DNA of 15,065 bases from Candidatus Heimdallarchaeota archaeon B3_Heim (GCA_003144275.1 NJBF01000060.1:1-15065), one strand, 5' to 3'. Numbered from the stretch's first letter, positions 6,451 to 14,719 are shown. The notes: generated from the sequence alone by a model not told the origin. A program made the numbers and translations.

Positions 6451-7866
6451 TTACCAAAGGCCAATTCCTTGGCCGAGAACGAATCCAAAAAGCAAGCCTG
6501 AAAATGTTGTGAAAAAAGTCACTAGGATCACATAAAATGAGTTTCGTCTATCCCCTAAATACTTCCGGGTAACAAGAATACTTTGTATGGATAATTCAGG
6601 ATCAGCTAATAAATACGCTAATAGCGGTCCACGAGCCATTCCAAGATCTAAGAAAATTCGGGCAATAGGGACTTCCATTAAGGTCGGAAAGTACATAAAT
6701 ACTCCAAATAACACTCCAATAAGATTTGCCAGGATTGTATTACTACCCACTAATTCTACAATAATTTCAGGGGGGATAAAATACTTAACAAATCCAGCAA
6801 TCACAACTCCAGAAATAATTAAGGGAAAAATTGATTTGACAAATATCCATGTTTCCAGTAACCAGGCATTTACATCATCTGCCTCAAACATCTTCCAGAT
6901 GAACAGGAGTAACCCCACGACCACTATTCCTGTTAAAACAACTTTGAGTAACATATTACTGATAGCTGGTGTGAGAAGAATTCCAAAGACGGTAAGGTCC
7001 TTTGTAAAATAAGTGATTTGAGAAGTTCCAGTCATTAACACATAAACTAACCATAAAAAAAGTCTTAATTCTTTACTGGAAAGCCTATAAGTTGTTAGAC
7101 CGAGTATGAGTAATCCGAGTACATAATTGAGGGTTTGAAGGATCGCAGGCGTTTGGAATAAAAATTCTATCATGGGTACCCCCACAAAGAATGTTCTACC
7201 AATCATCTCAACCATATTAGAATCCAACGTAGCTAAAAGTAATGAACAGATTCCCAAGCCAAAAATTAACACCACATTTAGTTTAGTGGTAGACTTTGTT
7301 GACTGACCATTAATGGCTGAATCTTGCGTCTTTGAAGGAGTATTTAAGTTCTCAGGATTATAGTGATGAGAATTGGTTAGATCTATCTCCTTTCCAAAGA
7401 CTTTAGCCATTATTAACCCAATTAAAAAAGCAAAAACAATAGCTAAAATACCTCTGGCTAGAGCAATATCCATTCCAACCAATGTACCTGTGTAAGTTAA
7501 TGCGAGAATATTAATAGCTGGAGCTACAAATAGAAATGTTATCGCTGGACCTAATCCTGCTCCCCGCTTCCAAATCCCCACAAATAGAGGTAATACTGTG
7601 CAACTACAGACTGCTAAAAGGAATCCTCCAGCTGTTGCCATTGGATATGCAATTTTAGGATCTGCATCTTTCCCCATGTAACGCGTAACGAGCTCTTTCG
7701 GGATGAAATAGGTCATGGCTCCTGCAATAAAAAACGCAGGGACAAGACATAACAACACATGTAAAGAGAGGTAATCTAGCAGTGTGGTAAGTGCACTTTC
7801 TAGTGCTCCTTGAAACATTTGGAATACATCGGACATTGAGTAGACCTTCGTAACAAAATTTTCCAC
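6451..7866 (-). CDS. arsP: DUF318/ArsP-family permease
   Basis: LCLVPAFFIAG, AVCSCTVLP, AITFLFVAPAINI, MYFPTLMEVPI and GPLLAYLLADPELS motifs; multi-TM. Confidence 0.85.
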   Translation of the reverse strand: MENFVTKVYSMSDVFQMFQGALESALTTLLDYLSLHVLLCLVPAFFIAGAMTYFIPKELVTRYMGKDADPKIAYPMATAGGFLLAVCSCTVLPLFVGIWKRGAGLGPAITFLFVAPAINILALTYTGTLVGMDIALARGILAIVFAFLIGLIMAKVFGKEIDLTNSHHYNPENLNTPSKTQDSAINGQSTKSTTKLNVVLIFGLGICSLLLATLDSNMVEMIGRTFFVGVPMIEFLFQTPAILQTLNYVLGLLILGLTTYRLSSKELRLFLWLVYVLMTGTSQITYFTKDLTVFGILLTPAISNMLLKVVLTGIVVVGLLLFIWKMFEADDVNAWLLETWIFVKSIFPLIISGVVIAGFVKYFIPPEIIVELVGSNTILANLIGVLFGVFMYFPTLMEVPIARIFLDLGMARGPLLAYLLADPELSIQSILVTRKYLGDRRNSFYVILVTFFTTFSGLLFGFVLGQGIGLW

Positions 7867-7870
7867 TTAT

Positions 7871-7914
7871 ATATCGAAAACTATCGATATATAAACATAT
7901 CGATACATCGAAAT
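7871..7914. promoter_or_regulatory. Putative ArsR operator pair overlapping the TATA box of the permease operon
   Basis: ATATCGA-AAACTA-TCGATAT (7871-7890) and ATATCGA-TACA-TCGAAAT (7897-7914). The minus-strand TTTATATA at 7888-7895 is 22-29 bp from the start codon. Confidence 0.65.
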
Positions 7915-8045
7915 ATTTTTTAAGAAGACCTTCGACACTGTCTAAATAAGCGTCTTCTAGGCTTTTATGGCGCAAATTTACAAGAGAATAAAGGGAAATT
8001 TCCTTTTTTCAGGTACGTACTATTATCAGAATCAGTTCAGGATTT

Positions 8046-8438
8046 ATGGATATGGAAACTCCTGTGTTAGAAGCAAGACTTAAAGATCTAATTGATGCCG
8101 AATTAGTTTCATGGAAATCTGTTTCAAAGCGATTAAACTACCTTAATCAGCTAAAAATTAAATTAACATCATTAGATGAACAAGCGGATTTCAAGGAGTT
8201 TGGAAAGATGATCAAAGCTCTGAATCATCCTATTCGGATTCAGATTCTCCTTGCTATTGATAAAGGAGTGACATGTGCCTGTGAATTGGAGTATTTAACT
8301 GAACTTGCCCAAGCGACAATCTCTCATCACTTATCTTTACTAGAAGATGCAAATCTGATAGCCCGAATTAAGGAAGGTAAACGAAACTTTTTTTCAATAA
8401 AAAACCAACAGCTTCTTGATTCTCTTATAACGTTCTAG
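8046..8438 (+). CDS. arsR: ArsR/SmtB-family transcriptional repressor
   Basis: ALNHPIRIQIL, TCACEL (CxC) and QATISHHLSLLEDANLI HTH; divergent from the permease. Confidence 0.9.
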   Translation: MDMETPVLEARLKDLIDAELVSWKSVSKRLNYLNQLKIKLTSLDEQADFKEFGKMIKALNHPIRIQILLAIDKGVTCACELEYLTELAQATISHHLSLLEDANLIARIKEGKRNFFSIKNQQLLDSLITF

Positions 8439-8475
8439 TGCTCAGAAATATATGCATTTGATTGAACTTGAAGCG

Positions 8476-8720
8476 TGACCACTATCGCTTGCGAGGAAAT
8501 ATTAACTTTCTAAAAAACTCACGAACACACGCTATTAGACTCCTGAAGGCTTTTTTTATGAAAAAACGAGAGGACTGAAAATTTCCACACTATTCCAAGA
8601 AGAGACACCCTTGTGCGATTAGTGGGAGTGTGTATTAAACACTAAACATGTCGACGGGCCTCCACGCGTATTTCTTTAAAGAAAATTGCTCTAATAGCGG
8701 AATTTCTCTCTAGAAGAGCA
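8476..8720 (-). repeat. Repeat copy R3 (trailer plus about 110 bp of 23S 3' end)
   Basis: CCTGAAGGCT at 8542, ACGAGAGGACTG, TGTGCGATTAG, AACATGTCGA, CCTCCACGCGTA and TTGCTCTA; homology fades near 8700-8720. Confidence 0.9.
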
Positions 8721-8737
8721 TGGGAAAAAAGGAAAAA

Positions 8738-9637
8738 TCATGCCTCTTTCACATAACGGTGGGTGAGATACTTAACGAAAAGGTATGGATCCTCGTTTTT
8801 ATCAGCTCGTGCAAGGGCATTGTAGTATTTCGTACGCTCCTTGTTCCTGAAGTTGTACATCGGGAATTTGTGTTTATACAGGACAAAATTCATCAGCATT
8901 CGTGACATCCGTCCATTACCATCCCAATAGGGGTGAATGCAGACAAATTTGTAATGGACGAGGGCCGCAAGCTCTACAGGATGGAGTGTTTCTTTCGCCT
9001 CGTGATACCACTGCAAAAATTCTTTCAGTAGAGGAATCAATTCAACTGGTAATGGCGGAATAAAATCACTACCTGTTATCCTGACCTGTTCGGTACGGAG
9101 CTCCCCTGCTATATCTGGTCGGGAATTCTTGAACAGAATGTGATGCCATTCAAAGATTAAATTAAAGTGCAAATCGCCTGATGTCACGACATACCGTCTC
9201 ATTTCTTCAAAGAGTGTTTGGTGACTTTTAGCTTCGAGGATGTCGTTTAATGGACGATTTGGGGCTTGGTTTTCTAGCAATAGCTGAGCTGTTTCTCGGT
9301 GTGTTAGAGTACTTCCTTCAATCCGATTTGAGTCATAGGTAAAACGGACGATGAAATCTTCATAATATTTCTCAACTGCAGTTTTAGGTGTCTTTTTAAG
9401 CATTTGCTGATGTTTCTGTTTAACTGTGCTTAGTTGTGACTTAAATTCTTCCATAAATAAGTCGTGGTGAAAATCTTCTATGATGATGTCGATGTTATCA
9501 GGAATTTCTTGTCCTAAGTACTTCGTTCGACTACTAGTACGGTGGCCGTTCCGCACGGTATGCACTAGCGCATAATATTTGCGACCATTTTGTTTAATTG
9601 TTTTTATCCGTACCATAAGTAATTTGTTACCCCACAT
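8738..9637 (-). CDS. fic: Fic/Doc-family protein with N-terminal basic domain; ATG start likely at 9616
   Basis: HPYWDGNGRMSR catalytic motif (HPFxDGNGR type) and SNRIEG inhibitory (S/T)xxxE(G/N) motif. Confidence 0.92.
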   Translation of the reverse strand: MWGNKLLMVRIKTIKQNGRKYYALVHTVRNGHRTSSRTKYLGQEIPDNIDIIIEDFHHDLFMEEFKSQLSTVKQKHQQMLKKTPKTAVEKYYEDFIVRFTYDSNRIEGSTLTHRETAQLLLENQAPNRPLNDILEAKSHQTLFEEMRRYVVTSGDLHFNLIFEWHHILFKNSRPDIAGELRTEQVRITGSDFIPPLPVELIPLLKEFLQWYHEAKETLHPVELAALVHYKFVCIHPYWDGNGRMSRMLMNFVLYKHKFPMYNFRNKERTKYYNALARADKNEDPYLFVKYLTHRYVKEA

Positions 9638-9674
9638 TTTATATATTTTTTGGTTTTTATAATAAATGTGGGGT
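9629..9674. promoter_or_regulatory. 11-bp inverted repeat bracketing the fic TATA-like element
   Basis: ACCCCACATTT (9629-9639) and AAATGTGGGGT (9664-9674) with an AT-rich spacer containing TTTTATATAT. Confidence 0.55.
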
Positions 9675-9745
9675 TAGATTAGGATCTAGTTTGTATTCAT
9701 GATAGGTTATGAGTGCAAGAAGTATAAAGAAGAATAACCAGACGG

Positions 9746-9828
9746 AAGACCAGAAGACGCAGGAACACACGTGTTACGACTCCTTAAGGCTATTACTTTT
9801 CAGTAAAAGAGAGGACTGACACCTTCCC
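9746..9828 (-). repeat. Repeat copy R4 (trailer only, shortest)
   Basis: AAGACCAG...AACACAC...ACGACTCCTTAAGGCTATTACT..AGTAAAAGAGAGGACTG matches the R3 and R6 trailers. Confidence 0.8.
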
Positions 9829-9847
9829 GCCCTCGAACCGTTTTTTA

Positions 9848-10681
9848 TCAATCTTTCTTTCTCGTTTCCATTCTCATGAAAAAAAACCACGACAGGATTA
9901 AAGCAATTGTAATAATTATCCCGAAGAATCTAAATGCTTCATTCACCTCCTCAATAGTTGAAATTTGCTCTTCTTGAGTCATAAACATGTGATTTGTGAT
10001 TATATAAACTCGGAAGTAAGTAGAGAACTGTAACATTTCCTCGGTGGCAAATCCCAAGTAAATTGAGCTGAAAATGAAGAAAGGAATCACAAAAAAAACG
10101 ATAATTGGGAAACCACTCCCCAGTCCACTTAAAGATCTGTGTTTCATCACTAAAGTATTACCAACCACAGTAACTATAAGGGGGACAGTTGAGACAATGA
10201 GTAAAGTAACTAGAGCAAGCAAGAATCTGTCCAATGATATTGGTAATTCTTGTTGCCAAATAAGAAATGAGATTACACATCCGATCCATGTACACAAACT
10301 TGTAAAGAGGAGGACAAGCGCTGTTGTGCTTACTTTTCCAATAAACACTTCAAACCTTTTAGTTGATGTGAATAAAAATTCAAGAGCTGACTCATTGAGA
10401 AATAATTCTTGAATGACAACAATTGATACCAGAATATTGACTACATAAGCGAATGTGACATATATTTGAAGAACATGACCAACAAACCACTCATATCCAT
10501 TAAGATGTAGGTAGATCTCTAATGAGGCGTTCTGACCGGCAAAACTGACATATAATAGGGTGGGGACAAGACAAAAACTTAGGAGAATTAAGGCGCGATT
10601 TGAGAACAAATACCGCTTTGTTTCATACTTTGCAATTATTAAGCTGTTCCTGATAATGAACCAGATTTCCCAGATGACCAC
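9848..10681 (-). CDS. ABC-2 type transporter permease
   Basis: About six TM helices and EFLFTSTKRFEVFIGK motif; adjacent to an ABC ATPase. Confidence 0.75.
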   Translation of the reverse strand: MVIWEIWFIIRNSLIIAKYETKRYLFSNRALILLSFCLVPTLLYVSFAGQNASLEIYLHLNGYEWFVGHVLQIYVTFAYVVNILVSIVVIQELFLNESALEFLFTSTKRFEVFIGKVSTTALVLLFTSLCTWIGCVISFLIWQQELPISLDRFLLALVTLLIVSTVPLIVTVVGNTLVMKHRSLSGLGSGFPIIVFFVIPFFIFSSIYLGFATEEMLQFSTYFRVYIITNHMFMTQEEQISTIEEVNEAFRFFGIIITIALILSWFFFMRMETRKKD

Positions 10682-10710
10682 TTTTGCAGGATTGTTAACT
10701 TTCGTCTTTC

Positions 10711-11361
10711 TCAGCTCTCCCTTTGAATTGGAAAATGGATTTTTCGATAATTCGTAAAATGAGCTTTCTCATGTGAAGCAGCGATTACAATGTTTCCTTT
10801 CTCAGTATAGTTGTTCAGATATTCTTCTAAATAACGCTTCATTTGATCATCCAAATTCGCATATGGTTCATCAAGGAGTAAGACTTTTGGTTCATTTAAC
10901 ACGGCAGAACATAAGCCCATCCGTCGTCGCATCCCTTCGCTATATACACTGACATCAATATGGCTCCATTTTTCAAGTCCAAATTGTTCAAGTAACCGCG
11001 TTGCTTTCTCTTTGGGGGATTTAATTCCCATAAGTCTGCCTAAATAACATAAAAAATTAAGTCCAGATATTCCAGCATGAAATTTGCATTCCTCAGGCAT
11101 AAAACCTATCATATTCAACAATGTTCTACTTCGACGCTTTGTATTGGAACCAAATACCACAATATTTCCAGAGGTAGGCATCAACAATGTTCCTATCATT
11201 CTTAAAAGAGTTGATTTTCCAGATCCATTTGGACCTAATAATAACACTAACTCTCCTTCGGAGATTGTTACCTCAAGATTATCAATTACTCGTACTTTAA
11301 GCCCTGCCCTCCATATTCTAAAACTCTTGCTTACATTTTGAACAGAGATTTCTCCAACCAA
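10711..11361 (-). CDS. ABC transporter ATP-binding protein
   Basis: Walker A GPNGSGKS, signature YSEGMRRR, Walker B LLLDEP, H-loop ASH. Confidence 0.93.
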   Translation of the reverse strand: MVGEISVQNVSKSFRIWRAGLKVRVIDNLEVTISEGELVLLLGPNGSGKSTLLRMIGTLLMPTSGNIVVFGSNTKRRSRTLLNMIGFMPEECKFHAGISGLNFLCYLGRLMGIKSPKEKATRLLEQFGLEKWSHIDVSVYSEGMRRRMGLCSAVLNEPKVLLLDEPYANLDDQMKRYLEEYLNNYTEKGNIVIAASHEKAHFTNYRKIHFPIQRES

Positions 11362-11516
11362 CTAAGTGGCACCCTTACTTCTGTGAATACAAATTATTAC
11401 TCGCGAACGAACAGCTTAATGAAGTGATTATAAGAAGTGTAAAAAGATTCCTTTTAAAAAAGGTTCATTCTAAGTGTGAAAGAGAATTTTTTAATTAAAA
11501 CTTAATCGGGAGACTA

Positions 11517-12353
11517 ATGCGAAAATTCTACTCAAAGAATTTCTTAATTGTCTTTTTTCTCTTATTATACCTCTATCCAATTCAAAGCATACATTGTACT
11601 TCCCATAATGAACCAAGACTTATCCCTTTTATCGGAATGGTTTTAAAATATAGACTGGAAGCGCATCTTGAAGTAGGATTACCTATACCAATACCAGTCA
11701 TTGCAAACTGGACAGTTGTCTGGGAACAGTATAATACATCAAACCCCGATATTTTTATATCTCAATTAACTTTAACATCGCTTTATTTGACTTTGTACGG
11801 TGGAATTGGTCAAGAATCTGGTATCATTGTAGAGAATATCACTTCTCGCCGGGTATTATGGGTTGAGATGGAAAATACGACCTTTTTAGAGAAAATGTAT
11901 TCACTATATTATGCTCCACATCGACCCAATTATTCTCCTTTTTATATTCCCACAGAAGATCTAGGTATCAACAGTAGTATTGGTATCTACAATTATTCAA
12001 TGACTGTTATTGCTAAAGATAGAATTGCAGTGAGTGAATTTGGTTATCGTGATGTGTGGATTATACATAAAAATGTGACAAGTTCAAGTGCGGTGAACCA
12101 TTTTATTAGCTTAATCTATGATGAGATTACAGGTGTTCTTGTGGGAGGCAGTCTTTACACCCATTGGTTTTGGGAGAATGGTACTGAGCATATATACAGT
12201 GTTAAAATTATTTGTCAGTCTACAAATGCATTAGCAAGGCATTTAATCATCATTAGACCCAATGAACTACTTGCTATACTAATTAGTTGTGTACCAATAA
12301 TCCCCTCTTTAATGAAAATAATGAAGTTCAAGGAAATCAGAGGTGGTCTCTAG
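11517..12353 (+). CDS. Secreted/membrane-anchored hypothetical protein
   Basis: Signal-peptide-like N-terminus, beta-rich body, C-terminal hydrophobic segment with basic tail. The stop codon abuts R5. Confidence 0.65.
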   Translation: MRKFYSKNFLIVFFLLLYLYPIQSIHCTSHNEPRLIPFIGMVLKYRLEAHLEVGLPIPIPVIANWTVVWEQYNTSNPDIFISQLTLTSLYLTLYGGIGQESGIIVENITSRRVLWVEMENTTFLEKMYSLYYAPHRPNYSPFYIPTEDLGINSSIGIYNYSMTVIAKDRIAVSEFGYRDVWIIHKNVTSSSAVNHFISLIYDEITGVLVGGSLYTHWFWENGTEHIYSVKIICQSTNALARHLIIIRPNELLAILISCVPIIPSLMKIMKFKEIRGGL

Positions 12354-12734
12354 TTTTTTTTCTAAGAAAACGAGAGGACTGACCATTTCCACATTTCTTC
12401 TAAGAAATAGTCCGTGTGCGAGGAGTGGGAGTGTGTCATAAACACTGAACATGTCGACCGAGGGCTCCACGCGTACACAACTGCTCTGTCAACGGGATGT
12501 TCTATCCCAGCACTCGTTTACCATCTCATGGTTACCGTCGCCAGTCCCCATGGCTTTGCGCTGATGGCAAAATGGATTCGTCTTTTCGAGGTTCGTTTCG
12601 TACTTAGATGCATTCAGCACTTATCGGTTAGCGCGTGGCTGCCGGGCAGTACCCTTCCGGATAACCCGTACACTAGAGGCGCCCATACCCTGTTCCTCTC
12701 GTACTAAGGGCACGTTCCTCTCATGAATCCGACA
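12354..12734 (-). repeat. Repeat copy R5 (full 23S domain VI plus trailer lacking the CCTGAAGG end)
   Basis: ACGAGAGGACTG at 12370, rRNA-homologous part about 12409-12734, sarcin-ricin loop at 12692-12705. Confidence 0.95.
12409..12734 (-). rRNA. Partial 23S rRNA domain VI copy (best preserved)
   Basis: Reverse complement has the SRL, CTGCCCGGCAGC and GATAAGTGCTGAATGCATCTAAGTACGAAAC (close to canonical GATAAGTGCTGAAAGCATCTAAGCACGAAAC), then an extended H98 and H100-H101. Confidence 0.8.
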
Positions 12735-12796
12735 ACTAGAATAGAAGAAAAAGTATTGGATTTCATAACGTAATAGGCTTTAAGAGAGGATCTAGA

Positions 12797-13285
12797 TTAA
12801 ATAATTCTTGAACGTAACCTTAAGATTCGTTTAGCTTTTTGTTTGGGGATAATTTTCCACTCACGAAATAACCTGACTACCTGATAAAGCTCATTGGGAG
12901 AAATCTCTCCTTCCAGTAGCAAAAAACCAAAATAATCAGCAATATGTAGTGCTTTTAATGCGCCATTCATCGTATTTTCTAGCAACATTGGATGATCTTC
13001 TGTAATAATAGGATAACCAGAGAATTCACCATATTCCAAGAGTGAAGCATCAGCTTCATCAAAACACTGTTTAAGAAATTTGTTGAAATGTTTGTTTAAC
13101 CTCGGAAGGATTGTCACATTACGAAAAAAGACCTCTTCATCAGGAAAACGATGGAGTAACTCCTTGTGAACATCATGTGTAATCATAAATTCTTTTCGCT
13201 CCATTATTCTCGAAATTAAGTTAGAAAAACCATTATCTCGTAAAAGAAGGATGTAGAACCATGAAAGAGTATCAACTCCAAACAT
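12797..13285 (-). CDS. PIN-domain (DUF3368-like) protein; true start likely MFGVDT at 13285
   Basis: GVDTLSW, THDVHKEL, DEADASLL and IITEDH acidic PIN pattern. Confidence 0.72.
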   Translation of the reverse strand: MFGVDTLSWFYILLLRDNGFSNLISRIMERKEFMITHDVHKELLHRFPDEEVFFRNVTILPRLNKHFNKFLKQCFDEADASLLEYGEFSGYPIITEDHPMLLENTMNGALKALHIADYFGFLLLEGEISPNELYQVVRLFREWKIIPKQKAKRILRLRSRII

Positions 13286-13307
13286 GGTTTGAAAAACCAA
13301 CACAAGC

Positions 13308-13315
13308 TTTATAAA
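13308..13315. promoter_or_regulatory. Palindromic TATA box shared by two divergent, likely leaderless genes
   Basis: TTTATAAA lies 23-30 bp from both ATG 13285 (-) and ATG 13338 (+). Confidence 0.6.
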
Positions 13316-13337
13316 CATATTGGCCTGTTATCTAACC

Positions 13338-13667
13338 ATGAGTCAACTAAGTTTCAAATTTCCAGAAAAAGAACGCAGTTTTCTAAAATGGTATTCAGAG
13401 AAAACCTCCGAACCACTGGGAACAATATATCGCAAAGTAACACTGGAACACTTCATACATTGGAAAAAAACTGTCTTGATAGAGGCGTATCTCAATGGTT
13501 CAATCGGAATAAAACAATTTGCTAACTTAGGGGGAATGACATTCAATGAATGTTTCCTCTTACTTAAACAAAACAATATCGACCCTCCGTATAATGAATT
13601 GTTAGATATCCATTCAGCTCAAGTGATGGAAGAACAGCTTATACAACCAAAGAAAAACCTCAAGTGA
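13338..13667 (+). CDS. UPF0175-like antitoxin (RHH plus HTH); start likely MSQLSF at 13338
   Basis: QLSFKFPEKE strand-helix N-terminus. AYLNGSIGIKQFANLGGMTFNECFLLLKQNNI resembles the UPF0175 HTH. Confidence 0.68.
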   Translation: MSQLSFKFPEKERSFLKWYSEKTSEPLGTIYRKVTLEHFIHWKKTVLIEAYLNGSIGIKQFANLGGMTFNECFLLLKQNNIDPPYNELLDIHSAQVMEEQLIQPKKNLK

Positions 13668-13706
13668 TTACCGATATCTACCGTAAACTCAATTTCATGA
13701 TATTTT

Positions 13707-13818
13707 TACGACTCCCGGAGGCTATTACTTCTAGTAAACGAGAGGACTGCCCATTTCCACACTAATTTTTCATTAGTAGCCCGTGTGCGATTAGGGGGAG
13801 TTAAATTTCTAAGACTCC
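13707..13818 (-). repeat. Repeat copy R6 (trailer plus a few rRNA bases)
   Basis: TACGACTCCCGGAGGCTATTACT..AGTAAACGAGAGGACTGCCCATTTCCACA..GCCCGTGTGCGATTAG. Confidence 0.88.
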
Positions 13819-13853
13819 TTAGGCAAACCAACAAGAGGAAGGAAAGTTTCTTC

Positions 13854-14648
13854 TTAGACAGAAACACAAGAAAATAATGTAAAATTCTTGTAGGAGGAAA
13901 AACCAAGCTTTTCGTAAAGACGGATTGCAGGAACATTATCTTGAACAACAAATAAAGTTATGAATCTTTTCGTTTTCAAAATCTCATTTCCTATAGTAGA
14001 GACCAGGTTTTTGCCTAAAGATTTGCCACGATATTCGGAAATGACCAGGACATTCCCTAAATGTGCCAACTTAGGTGTTTCAAAGTGAGTTCCTCCACAA
14101 GCAACAATTTGATCATTAATCTCCTGAAAAAAGTAGAAATTGCTCTCTAGTTGAATCGAACTCCACGGGAATGTATGATTAGCTTGATAGAATTCATCAA
14201 TACGACTTAAATCCTTAAGAGAGGCATGTATTAACGAATGATCCGAATCCAGAAAGTTTTCTCTTTTTCTATCTGTAATCATACAGATTTCAGAACTTTT
14301 TTCTTGGATACGAAAATGACTACTCAAAACCTTTTCAGTTAAAGAAGGGGAGACCAATATAAACTTTTCAGGGAGTATATGGAACAGGTGAGAAAGGATA
14401 ACGGCTTCAGTTTCTTCGGATGATTTTGGTATAACAACAGAAGAACAGTCGAATCCTTTAAAAACAGTGAAAAGGGAAATTAGGGCCTCTCTATCAAAAA
14501 CACCATAAACATCCGTAAGATCAATGCAAGGAGGGAATAAATCTCCTAGTAAAAACAAATTATCAAAATAGTCTTTTGTGGCTAGTCTAATACAGTTATT
14601 TATTAGGAATTGATTATTGCGAGGAATATGCTTAATTTTCAACTCCAT
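13854..14648 (-). CDS. GNAT-family acetyltransferase (C-terminal GNAT domain)
   Basis: LGNVLVISEYRGKSLG acetyl-CoA motif and VVQDNVPAIRLYEKLGF. Confidence 0.9.
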   Translation of the reverse strand: MELKIKHIPRNNQFLINNCIRLATKDYFDNLFLLGDLFPPCIDLTDVYGVFDREALISLFTVFKGFDCSSVVIPKSSEETEAVILSHLFHILPEKFILVSPSLTEKVLSSHFRIQEKSSEICMITDRKRENFLDSDHSLIHASLKDLSRIDEFYQANHTFPWSSIQLESNFYFFQEINDQIVACGGTHFETPKLAHLGNVLVISEYRGKSLGKNLVSTIGNEILKTKRFITLFVVQDNVPAIRLYEKLGFSSYKNFTLFSCVSV

Positions 14649-14719
14649 TGCTCCAATAAGAAAATACGTCTCTATCCTTAATAACTCATTTTGTTAATCC
14701 AGTTATTCATGGTGGATGT

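Noticed and set aside
7923-7958. 7-bp inverted repeat AGAAGAC/GTCTTCT upstream of arsR
   Set aside because: Short arms with a 22-bp spacer and no second occurrence; could be chance.
12414-12707. 97-aa ORF paralogous to 3610-3798
   Set aside because: Same reason: an antisense reading of rRNA-derived DNA.
12775-12790. Possible extra degenerate trailer (AGGCT...GAGAGGA)
   Set aside because: Too short, with no downstream TTTCCACA or CCCGTGTGCG box.
335-13951. Overlapping opposite-strand or alternate-frame ORFs (e.g. 335-574, 835-1038, 920-1198, 1054-1350, 1130-1399, 2521-2712, 2840-3031, 3065-3286, 4157-4426, 5034-5237, 5781-5987, 6060-6245, 6587-7012, 7655-7975, 8720-8905, 10074-10412, 10560-10757, 11084-11341, 13289-13525, 13343-13576, 13706-13951)
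   Set aside because: They shadow better-supported genes or repeats and show no recognisable motifs.
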